Assembly (NCBI RefSeq): GCF_009834535.1
Contig: NC_045697.1
Location: forward strand, 56,112,001-56,176,000
Source of the DNA: Camelus ferus
Lineage: Eukaryota
Direction of reading: 5' to 3'
Length of the DNA stretch: 64,000 nucleotides
This document shows positions 1 to 11,442 of this stretch, one piece after another. Numbering within the stretch: position 1 is the first letter of the stretch; each line of letters begins with the position of its first letter. Both the position numbers and the translations under genes were made by a program. The notes beneath the pieces were generated by a model. The model was given only the letters and a program-made list of their open reading frames with translations, was not told the DNA's origin and made no database searches.

Positions 1-460
1 GAATCCTCAGTTGACATTTTTTCTTTCAGCATTTTGAAAGAAATGGCCTGCATTGCTTTTGCTGAGGAGTCAGCTAATTATTAATTCTTGTTCTTTTCTG
101 CTTGATGAGTGCTTTTCCTTTTACTGCTTTCAAAAAAAAATTTTGGTGTCTTGGCATTCAGCAGTGCTACTGTGATGTGTCTAGGCCTAGATTATGGTGT
201 GTACACTAATTGGATTCAGTGGGCATTTCAGATTTGTACATCAATGCTTTTCATCAAATTTGGGAAATTTTTCGTATTTACTCAAATATTGTGCCTATCA
301 TTTTTTCTCTTTTCTTCTCCTTTTGAATTCTTATTACACATATGTGGATATGCTTTATTTAGTTCTAGAGGTCTCTTAGGCTCTGTCCACTTTTTATTTC
401 ATCTTTCTCTGAATTCTTCAGATTGGATCCCTTTCGTTGATCTAGTCTCATGCATTTAGT
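1..460 (-). mobile_element. Ancient L1/HAL1-type LINE fragment (ORF1 region, antisense)
   Basis: T-rich motifs ttctttcagcattttgaa, ctgaggagtcagct, actgtgatgtgtctagg and tttcatcaaatttgggaaattttt resemble the reverse strand of old L1 ORF1. Similar motifs occur at 57.9-58.7 kb. Confidence 0.7.
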
Positions 461-639
461 ATATATTTCCCGTTTATTTATACTTTTATCACTATTTGAT
501 TCTATGGATGCAATAAAACATAATTTATAGTAGTTTTATTTATTTTTAAACTATAGGTAAATGTTTGACTGTATTTGAAATTTGTATTTTCCCCTCATCT
601 TTAAGTATTTGGAATTTTTATGTAAATGAAGTAATGTTA

Positions 640-900
640 ACTCTTGTATAATGATGTATATTATGAATATAACATATTTTATATGTTCCTGTTGATGGTC
701 ATGGAAGTGGTTTCTAATATTTGGCCATTATAATGTTGGAGGTATCATCTTGGCATATGTATTCCTAGTCACAAGTGAAAATTCTGCTTTATAAAATTCT
801 TAAATTTACCGTGCATTACAAAATAGCTCCCTAAGTTTGATACCAATATATTCTCATAGTAGGAACATGGAAGAGTCCCTGTTTCCTATAGCCTTCCTAA
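640..900 (-). mobile_element. Old L1 (L1ME-like) 3'-end fragment
   Basis: cctgttgatggtcat...tttctaatatttggccattataa...agagtccctgtttcc resembles an antisense L1M 3' end. Confidence 0.5.
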
Positions 901-3636
901 AACTCAATTCTGTATCTGCATACATCTTCCTAATAAACACACATTCAAACATACAAATTATTGTAATGTGTTCATTATAACCAGCCAAAAGTAGAATGAG
1001 GAAATATTATCAGAGAGCCTGAGATGTCCAGGACCCCACTGAGCAATCGTTTCTAAGGACTGTTAGTTATTAACTGTTGGTTGTATAGCAAACAGAACAA
1101 TAAATGGAAGTCAGTGACACTTATACTTACTTATTTGTACTTATGGATGTATCCTTTATCATATCCAGAGTCCTATTTGCTCATCTCCAAATAGATATGG
1201 AAGTATCAAATATTATCAAAGATTCTTTAGACTAAAAAATTCTACATTTCTATAATATAACTAAACTTACCTGTTATCTGTGTTTGCTTTATTTATGTTT
1301 TCCATTAGTAGAACATATTGGTGAAATGGATTGTGTTGATAAGCAGAGAAAAGGGCAGTTAATAACTTGTTTTAATTTTAAGATTAAAATCACACTGCAA
1401 AATTAATTTCACCATTCCCTCTTGTGGTTACTAACCTAAGGAAAAAAAGCCCTCAGAATAATTAAGGAACAACATAGGAAGATAAGGAAAAAATACAGGC
1501 AGAAGATCCAAGTAGGAAGAACAAATGTAAGAGTTCTCTTCCCTACTGCTGTAACTCCACTAATGCTAAAGATTTTATATTTGCCTAGAATTCATAGCAT
1601 TCTTAGAAAAATCCATTTTCACAGTAATTCTCAAATAAAAATTCATCAATAAAATGCAATAAAATATTTGGATTGAGTTGATAGAAAATTTCTATAAATA
1701 TTACTCAATCTCTATCTTCAGATAGCATGCCCTGTTATAAAATTCTACAGTTTCATAACAAAAATTCATAGGTCAGAATTGAATTTGCATTAAACTAATG
1801 ATCAACAACATATGAAAATGAACACCAAAAAATCAGAATTGTCATTTTAAAACTATCACTAAACATTTGAAATTTTCATATCAAGTTTTGGGAAAGACAT
1901 GTACTTTTACTTAAGGAGCTATTTTTTGCTGAGAGCAGTTAGAAAACACTCAACAAATGCAGAAGGAGGAATCTGCAATGGATCCATGGCTGTTCCTTCC
2001 TTTTCTTTGACCTCAAAGTGAGGAGCACTGTGGTTCTGAAGAATAAATCTCTTCCCTGTGGAAGCTCCAGCTCCTGCCGGGACGACACAGTAACTGTGGA
2101 AAGCCTCCATTTCTGCAGTGTCATTGGTATGGTTGTGGCAAATGGGTGCAATGGACTTCAGTCTATATTATGGCAACATAATCACTTAAACGTGAATAAG
2201 CTCAAAGCCCTAATGTAGCTGTTTCCCAACAAAAAAATGAGATGGAGATTTATGTTGAATAGCCACTGATTACAAGAATATGATTAACGTGAGCTATGGA
2301 ATTGGTTTCTGGGTGCTGTTGTGAAGGCCTACACCAGAAGCGTAGTATCTACTGCAAATGAGGGTAGCATGATGACCACAGATCACAAACAATATTATAT
2401 TTCCTGGTCTGTTTTATAGGCTGGATAAATAATCCAGAGTTGCAAATGGTTGCCTGCATTGTTTTTCTTTGTAGAATAGTAAGGTTATAACTGTATCTAT
2501 TTTGCTGAAACATTAAGCACACCAGAGGTTAATCTACTTTATTTTCATTAAATTGAATCCCAAGTGAAATAGTTTTTTTCCCTCATTTACTGAAACTTCG
2601 TATTGCTTTGAAAAGAAAGCTTCCCCACAGAATTTATACTTATTTATGAGAAGACAGTATTTATATTAAAGAGAGTAGTAATGTTACTCTAAAATTTTAA
2701 GTGTTACTCAGAACATGTACATTGAAATAACGCTAATAGGACCATCTCTAACATCTCATGATTGTCATGAGGGAATTCTTCATTGTTGTGTGTGTGTTCA
2801 TGCACATCTGTGTGTGTTTCTACTGTGAAATCCTGAAACAGCAGAAACATATGACTCCTTAGATCTTAAATGTGTACTCCTTCTTAAGCAAAGTAACTGA
2901 GATCACAGTTATCTCTTTAGAAACATAAAAACTCACAGAATATGTAAACTTTTGTAATAATACACAAAAGATTATTTATGTTACCACAGTTTAAAAGTTG
3001 TTGGACTATTTCTTGGTATAAAACAATAGAAAATATACAGCTATTACAACTTAAGTATGGAGATGTCCTATTTACTGTAAAGTGGAACTAAAATAGATCA
3101 GTGGTTTATAAATCTATTTTTAGCTGCTTTTAAAAGTATAACTTGTGGCACAAAATCACTGACAAACTAGATATAATGTACCATACTTAATGGGACAGCT
3201 TTTTGATAAAACACTAATGAGATCATTTAAGATTTTAATTCAATTTATTAACTTAATTTCAAGCATACCAACTCGCTTAGCTCATTCTACCTTTTAAAAT
3301 TATTATTGACCAGTTGATACATTTGAATTTGTTGTCCTAAGTAAATTTTTCAAGAAAAAAAGCTGATTAAAAAACTTGAACTGTTCATGACATAATTCAT
3401 CCTTTTATATAATATAAAATTGTTTACCTTCTTAAAAGTGGAATAACAACAAATATATAAGTAATCATGATATATACATTTTTGTTTTTGAATTATTTTA
3501 CATTATTTTACTAAGAGATATCTTTGTTTAAATCATAAACTTCTCAGTGCATATTTTATCTAATGTGATGCTTTTGATTTTTCCAATCTCTAAGTCATTT
3601 CTCATGCATCTGGCTAACTTTTTGAGAATAAATGAA

Positions 3637-3843
3637 GATTATTTTCCATTGTAGGTTATTGCAAGTTATTGAACATACAATGGAAAAGAATCTGAAAAGG
3701 TATATATATGTAAATATATGCATATATGTGTAACTGAGTCACTTTGCTATACACCTGAAACTAACACAACATTGTAAATTAACTATACTTCAATTTAAAA
3801 AATTTAAAAAGAAAAAACAATTTAAGGAAACACTGAAAAAAAA
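3637..3843 (+). mobile_element. 5'-truncated, 5'-inverted L1 3' end (laurasiatherian/artiodactyl type) with TSD
   Basis: tacaatggaaaagaatctgaaaa...taactgagtcactttgctatacacctgaaactaacacaacattgtaaattaactatacttcaatt followed by an A-rich tail. Flanking direct repeat AGAATAAATG(A/G)AGA at 3625-3638 and 3844-3857. Confidence 0.85.
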
Positions 3844-4699
3844 AGAATAAATGGAGAAAGAATCGTTGCTTTTTTTTTCCACTTTTAAAAATAAACATTA
3901 AAGAGAAAAAAACAACTATGAATTGTTTTTCCAGGTTAAAAAGAAATCTCCTCTTTGCCATTCATATTTAGTGTTGTAGACAGATGCTCAATTGTCTAAA
4001 TTTCCCTGTGAAAATATTTATATAAACTTGAAAGTTTTAATCTCTATCTTTCTCAAGTGATTTTATTTGTTTCACAAATTGGATTTGAGCCCATAAATGT
4101 TTGTACTGTTCCATGAGGAATAAAGTAATTGACTTCAGCTTTATTTCACACATAGAAAATTGAGTCATTTCTAGCAATATTGCTACATTGGAGTCATGAA
4201 TTTTAAAGATGTTTTAAACAACCCAGATATCTATTTGATGCCATCTTTTTTCCCCTAACATTATTGAGGAAATGTAACAGAATTATGATTCCAATGATTT
4301 TTGCTGAAAGTTGATATATTTTGTCATATTTATTTTACTAAAGAACTATAGCTATTAGAGAGATTGAACTTCTCACACAGAAACTGATGCTACATATTTT
4401 TCCCCCTTTAAACTATTTTGTCCTTGTGGTTGTGCATAAAAACTGAGATACTTCAGTTGCTCAATGGACTTGTGTGGACCTGATCCAAAAGACAGTAAAC
4501 TGATCAGGGAAAGATGAGTGCTAGAATTCTGCAACAAAACTGCACACTTTTATGTTTTGACACAAAACATAAATACCTAGTTTATTAGGTAAAGAAAAAT
4601 TTTCTCTTTTGTTGGTTAAAATGAACTTATATGCTACTATATTTTATGCTTTAGAATTTTAACCCTTCAATAGGAGAAAACATTAATATCAGGGGGTTC

Positions 4700-4800
4700 T
4701 GATCTGAAACATTAATTTGGCATAAATTATTGCATCAGTTTCTCTGGGTCTCAGTTTGCTCATCTGCAAGATGATGTGGTTGTGCTCTGTATGATTATGG
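4700..4800 (+). mobile_element. MIR SINE fragment
   Basis: Core motif tctctgggtctcagtttgctcatctgcaagatg. Confidence 0.65.
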
Positions 4801-6659
4801 CATGCATGTAGTGTGAAATGAGAAAATTAATCTTCTCAAATGTCAGTTGACTAGCTGTAGCTCAGAGCAATTCTTTACTGTATTATAGCTTTGAGGTTTT
4901 CACACATTCCAGGATTACCTTTGAATTATAACAAAAGGTCTTTCAAAGCATTATGACCCAAGCTAAAGTTTGGTCCTCTATTTGACTCTCACTGTTCAAG
5001 CATTTGGGCAGCCACTGGACAGGCAGGCAGACCAGGGACTCATATTTCTGTCCAGCATGCATTGGTCTTAATAATACAGTGTTTCTTCCTAATGAGGCAT
5101 GGCTTCTAGTGGACAGTAGCACATCAAAGGTAGTAAGAACAAACAGACAAAAAAGTCGATCCCAACAATTGTAGGATTCCTCACCTTTTTGCCATTAATC
5201 ATGTTCCTAAATCACTTATTCTCTGAGGATTTTCTGACCCATTTTCTCTCAGGGGAAATGCCCTGGTTTGAGTGTATTCAGTAACAGCAGAGTTCTGCAT
5301 GCACACACAGACAAATGAGCTCAATTGTACATCCAACAGGGAGGAAAAACATAATGATTTTATGTAAGCATATCAAGTCTTATAAAATGTGGAGAAGAAT
5401 ATTAGTAACTGTTTATTATGCACCTGGGGAAACAAGAAAGTAAGCAGTTCATTTAGGTTGTTACTTCAGTATATTTGACCTAATTTTAATCAGTATAGCA
5501 AAACTGACAGAAAAAAAAGCATGAAATAATGAAACAAAATAATCTGATATTAAAAAATACATTATTATAAAAAACTAGGCTGTAATAGAAAAACAAAAGA
5601 TCTTTGGTGGGTTTAAATTTCTGATTTTTTATATTGTGTTCCATCTGATTTTTGCAAAAGCAAAATCAGAAATTCTAGACTTAGGTAAACATATTATGTG
5701 TTGCTCACTGGTTAAAATGGGTAAAGTGCCTGACTTCCAGATTTGAGCACATAGTCAAATTATTTCCTAGGAACTTTCTACAATAGTGGAGAGGTACTAC
5801 TCTTTGAAAAATGACAGTTAATTAGTAATTTGAGATGAGGATATCTTCAGTAAAGTTAGCAAACTTACTATGTATACACATAGAAAATTAAAAAATAAAT
5901 GATATATAGCAATATTTTGAATAAAATGAGAAGCCTAGAATTAATTTTTTTAGAGCATTTCAAAATGCATTATACAAAATATTGTGATAGTAAAGTGTAA
6001 TGGACAATTACCTCTATATTCAAGGAAGCATTTATGTAGTAAACAAGGTCTTCTTATGAAGTTACGCTTTGGACACTTCAAAGTAAAGCTGAAGGCAATT
6101 GATTCCTAGCTATATTTTAACATCATTCTGCCAAAGAAAGTCATTAAGACGGTCCTAATATTGTTTGACTGAAATAGGAAAGGAGTGTTGCCACTAACTG
6201 CTATGCTGTATCCTGGGCTTTTAATCTGTATAGAATTGTGAAGAAGGCTAGTGAGTGAAAAATAAAAGCTGAATATGTTAAAACATATTATGCTAAAAAT
6301 TATATACCTAAAACCAAGCTGTAAGTTTTAATTGGGAAATGTAAAGCTAATGGAAAATAGTTCTAAAGTTTATATGCAAAACTAAACTAAAAATAATTAT
6401 ATGATTGGAAAAGAAAATGTCTTAAAATAAATGCCTAGAGCTTTTTACTGAAGAGTAATTTTCAAAAATATGAATTCATAAACTTTCCGTTCAGTTGAAT
6501 TTATAAAATTTAGACAATTTACAGAGAACAAAATTTACTTTTGTTTAAACAAAAATAAAAGGCAAATCAAATAATCACTTATTTACCATGTTTGAATTAT
6601 TTTAAATTTCATGTTAACAGATATCTGGACTAAGGAGGGAAATATATAAGCTTGATATT

Positions 6660-6780
6660 AGTTAATTCATTATAAAATGTTTACTGAGTGCCCTACTGTG
6701 TGTCCTGTGGTGTCAGACTCAGATATAGAAGAGAAAAAGACAGTGGTGTCTTTACCTTCATTATCTGTGTTTTGGAGTGT
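6660..6780 (-). mobile_element. L2 LINE 3'-end fragment
   Basis: ttcatt...atgtttactgagtgccctactgtgtg...agatatagaagagaaaaagacag. Confidence 0.65.
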
Positions 6781-7024
6781 TAAGACATATATAGAGAAAG
6801 AGAGAGAGAAAGAGGGAAGTAAGAAAGAGTGAATTAATTATTCATGGTTAGATCATATCTGAAAAAAAAAAAACCATGAATTTAGTTTTGACAGAGTGAC
6901 ATAGCAATCAACGCAGTGAATCAAGGAGTCCTACCCACAGATCCACACATCACTGACAGCATCACGCTAATAAGAAGGCAGAGGTACACACAGGCAGAGG
7001 GGATGTTCATGTGGTCAGGGTGGT

Positions 7025-7120
7025 ATTTTGTGAGCTTGGGAAAATCCGGTTTTTTGGCTGGTCTTCAGTTTTCTCATTTCTAAAATGAGTAGTAGAACCA
7101 GGTCTTTTAAGTTCCCTTCT
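7025..7120 (+). mobile_element. MIR SINE fragment
   Basis: gagcttgggaaaatc...tcagttttctcatttctaaaatgag...aagttcccttc. Confidence 0.55.
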
Positions 7121-10100
7121 CGTGTTTTGTATTGCACATGAGATGGCTGGGGTGGAGAGAGAGCCCCAGTTCTTACTCTAGATCAGGTAACCAGTGTGCC
7201 AGGGGTTAAATCTCAGCTTATACATCTATATACTGTAAGAACTGGGACTAATTCTAGGGCTTCAGGCTGATAATCTTTCCTCTGTACAAGACCAGTTGAG
7301 TATTTCTACCCAGGCCTCTACTAGAAAGTTCCTTCCCTCTGTACTTTAGCCTCAGTAGTTCAATCTCTGTGTAGAAACATACACAGACACACAGTAGTGA
7401 AAAAAGAACTAGATAATAGGCACCCCCATAACTTGAAAGGTCAAAGTCAACTTTGTTCACTTGAAGATTCCTTATGTGTATTGAGGGACATGATATAAGG
7501 GGAGATTTTACTCTAAGCTGTGTGCCCTGAATCAGTGTTTTCAAGTTGTGAAGGCAAATGAAGTGCCGTATAGGGTAGGGGATTGGAAATGAGATCAATA
7601 CTAACAAGGTAAGAGACAATAGGAGCTTGGGACAAGGAACCTAATAGTGCAGTGAGAGGCAGGCTGGGAGAAAATAGTTCGTAATGGCTTGAGTTAGGAC
7701 AAGTTGGTAACTCCATGGCACATACGTGGATATGAAAACAAGTCTTTTTTCTTTTCCACTTGCAAAGCCTGGCCAGGCATGGGATTAGAATGCAGTTGAC
7801 TTGGAGTTTTCAGTGCCCAGTAGGAAAAGGAGCAAGACCAAGTATTTGGGAGAGAAATCAAATCAGTCCAAGCTGAGTGGGTATCCAATTCTTTCATATT
7901 TGCATATCAAGGCAAAGAAATAGGAATAATGAGGAATCAAAACTAGAAAAAAGCCTAGACTCAGACGGTGGCTCTTGAGGAAGAGCTGGACCTAAGAACA
8001 GAGCTACACCCATCATACTGCATTCAGTGGCCACATTTCCAGAACGCCCAGGCACCACACTTGCAGTAATCAAAGGATCAGCTAATACTTTTATCAAACC
8101 ACAGGATCATAGGAAATCCAACAAAGCTGAACTGAAAATATTGTGGTTTCTGTCTGCACCCTTCATTAAATGACTATAATCTTGACATTTGCACAAGTAC
8201 CTAGGAGTATACCTGCTATGATCTTAAGTTTTTGATGAGTATTAGTTTCTCTTTATTCCCTTGTTTCTTCTTCGTAGGTAAGAAATTTGCTGAGGACAGC
8301 AAGATGTTTCCCTTGCTCCTTTGTATTAACAGGGAAGAAAAAGTTGGAAGAATTCAAAGTTTCATTTCAGCTAGTCAGTGTAAAATAAATGAAATATTTT
8401 TGTTTGTTTCTTAGCATATTTGTCTAAATAGGAGCAGATACTTATGAAAACTATGTATATATTGCCTATTCGATTTTCTGAATGGCTTATGGCCATAATT
8501 ATTTAAATTAAGGTCTTTCTGTTCATTCATTAGAAGTAGAAAATGTGAGTCTTCATTTATATTTTGGACACTTGAAAAAAGAGAAATAAATAAAATCCCA
8601 CCACGATAGATTCTAACATCAAAGAAAATTACAGTTTTTCTTTTCTTAATTGAGAATATTCAGAGAAGTAAGATGCTTATGCACAGACTTTGAAATTATC
8701 ACCCGAAGCAGTAACTATTAAGTTGTCTTGTCAAGTGCTGCTTGGCTTGCATTTTTAATAATATCTGTGATACCTTGGACTTTGTACAAAGACTGTGATT
8801 TGCCTGCCTTATAATCTTGGAAGATGCTGCTATTTCCAATTTCTTTTACTTGTCCAATTCCTTTGACTTGCTAGCAGGGTCCTGTTGGAATATCTATTGG
8901 AATATATGATGCAGAAATAGGTCTTCTATAAATGATTTAAGGCCAAAGATTTGAAATATGTTTGTGTTTTGTATTGGAAGACTATTATAAAATAAGAGAA
9001 TCTAAATCAGAGCTAACATAGCATTTTGGTTTTTGTTTTTCAGAGAAGAGCTTTTTTTTAATGCTCTTTTCCATTTTACTAACTTAAAGAAAATACATTT
9101 AATTAATCTTATTGCAGTAAGTTGATCATTTTTGTTGTTTTCATTTGTTTTTTTGCATGAAATATTGATCATGACATTCATTAACCATTTATAATAAAGA
9201 GATTGATACCTGAATGGCTTTAGGAAGAAACTGTAAGTCGTTTAGTGAGAGAGTGCTGACATTGAAAGCTGATTTAAAAAATCAGAGACTAAGTACAGTT
9301 TATATACATTTTTTGAGAGAGCAAAAGTGAGATTAAATGAGTGAACTAAGGCTTTACATAACACCCTAATGTGGGAGTTGTTAGGGAAGATAAAATCTTG
9401 ATGTCTCTCTCTTGTGATTTTAAGGGGCTCAGCAGTTTTCCTTCATTGGCATCTTTTACTTTTGTCTGTCTGATGGCAGCTGGAATTTTGAGAGGGGCCA
9501 TCTGAGATGTACGATTTATGTGCATCCCTCCTGCCTCCATATTTTTCACATCTTTGTCAGTTGAACAGAATCAAGAAATAATGCTCCATTTAATTTCATG
9601 TCTAAAGAAATGAGGTTCTGTGAAGTTTATTGTCTTTGATAGTTAATGTTTGAAATCACATTCTGGATTTATTGAAAGTCAGTATGTGTGGTTTCATTGC
9701 TATATGTGTTTCAGGACAATTTTTAAAGATTTAAAACAAAATTTTACATAGTTTTGTACATACAGATTCTAGACAGGTTTAAAAAAAAGTCCTAAGTTAT
9801 AATAACATCTTTATGAAGAATAAAAATCTGGTTTTACATTGTTTAGAAAGTGGTTATGGGACACTGACATTCTCAAAACTGTAGTATTTTACTCGGAAAA
9901 AGGGAAGTTTAGATCTATTCTTTGGCTGAAAAATACTTTAGAAGCTATATAAATCATACTAATTTTTCTACACCCCATATATATTCAGACCTTCTATGGT
10001 CATTGTGCATAAAATAATGCATTAGTAACGAAGAATGGATACATTCCCAGGATATGTAACAAAAATCAATTAATATTTGAAGTGACAAGCCTCTCTATAT

Positions 10101-10778
10101 TGCTCATCTATAATTTTTATCTTTATTTTCTTTCTGTCTCTAGATTCATGGATAAAAATACTTTGTTATCCAATTTATAAAAATACTTTGTTATCCCATC
10201 TAAATAGATTGGTTCAATGGAATAAACATCTATTATTAGTTTTAAACTAATGTGTTTTCTTCCACATTTTATTACATTGATGTGTTATTTATGATATGGC
10301 AGAATTAAATAAATGTGGATTCGCATGTTACAATTTTCTCCTTTCTTTTCAACATTTACTATTTTTTTCTCAGTATCTTCTAAAAAATGCACTTCCTTTT
10401 TTCTCTCAAACTTTATCCACCCTGTTAGTTTACATACTTAAATTTATTCCAAATATACATACTTTCTTTCACTGCTCCTTGTTAACTACATTGGCATTCA
10501 ATTTTCTTTTATTTTTACTCTGAGATACATGATTTTTTCTGGAGAATATCATTCATATATTTTCACCTTTGAGTTACATTGGAAACAATGGCTAATGCGT
10601 TGTTAATGTACTTATTTTAAAAATGAAAATAACTTTTTATTCTCACTGTATAGCTCCTTCTCTTAATACTGTATATTGAGGCTACAGAAATTTCTACACC
10701 TGCATTAGTTTTCTTTGACAATTTTTACCGGTTATCTTCTAATTTTTTTAAAAAAATTGTCTATTTTGTATTATACAG

Positions 10779-11442
10779 TGGGAAGAGATTGGTGAAGTTG
10801 ATGAAAATTATGCCCCTATCCACACATACCAAGTATGCAAAGTTATGGAACAGAATCAGAATAACTGGCTTTTGACCAGTTGGATCTCCAATGAAGGTGC
10901 TTCCAGAATCTTCATAGAACTCAAGTTTACTCTGCGGGACTGCAATAGCCTTCCTGGAGGACTGGGAACCTGTAAGGAAACTTTTAACATGTATTACTTT
11001 GAGTCAGATGATGAGAATGGGAGAAACATCAAGGAAAACCAGTACATCAAAATTGATACCATTGCTGCCGACGAAAGCTTTACAGAACTTGATCTTGGTG
11101 ACCGTGTCATGAAACTGAATACAGAGGTCAGAGATGTAGGACCTCTAAGCAAAAAGGGATTTTACCTTGCTTTTCAAGATGTGGGTGCTTGCATTGCTCT
11201 GGTTTCCGTGCGTGTGTACTATAAAAAATGCCCTTCGGTGGTACGACACTTGGCTGTCTTCCCGGACACAATCACTGGAGCTGATTCTTCTCAGTTGCTT
11301 GAAGTGTCGGGCTCCTGTGTCAACCATTCGGTGACCGATGAACCACCCAAAATGCACTGCAGCGCAGAAGGGGAGTGGCTGGTGCCCATCGGGAAATGTA
11401 TGTGCAAGGCAGGATATGAAGAGAAAAATGGCACCTGTCAAG
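10779..11442 (+). CDS. EPHA5: Internal coding exon (exon 3, 664 nt, phase 0 to phase 1) of ephrin type-A receptor 5: ligand-binding domain plus start of the Cys-rich/sushi region
   Basis: Acceptor ...ttttgtattatacAG|TGG at 10777-10778 and donor CAAG|GTAAGA at 11443. Translation [78 protein letters not shown]...[62 protein letters not shown]...[15 protein letters not shown] has Eph LBD hallmarks and the residues I recall as EPHA5-specific. The ORF-track ATG at 10845 is internal codon 23. Confidence 0.96.

Larger units (their letters stand above)
1..10778 (+). other. EPHA5: EPHA5 intron 2 (3' part)
   Basis: Ends in a T-rich tract and AG directly before the exon. No upstream Eph exon (VNLLDS...LGW type) was seen in the window. 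Confidence 0.85.

Noticed and set aside
109..459. 116-aa hydrophobic ORF resembling a membrane protein
   Set aside because: Phe/Leu richness comes from T-rich antisense LINE sequence, and the start is not ATG.
7150..8110. GC-richer block with four short minus-strand ORFs, possibly a processed pseudogene or viral insert
   Set aside because: No recognisable protein similarity, poly(A) tail or TSD. It cannot be classified without a search.
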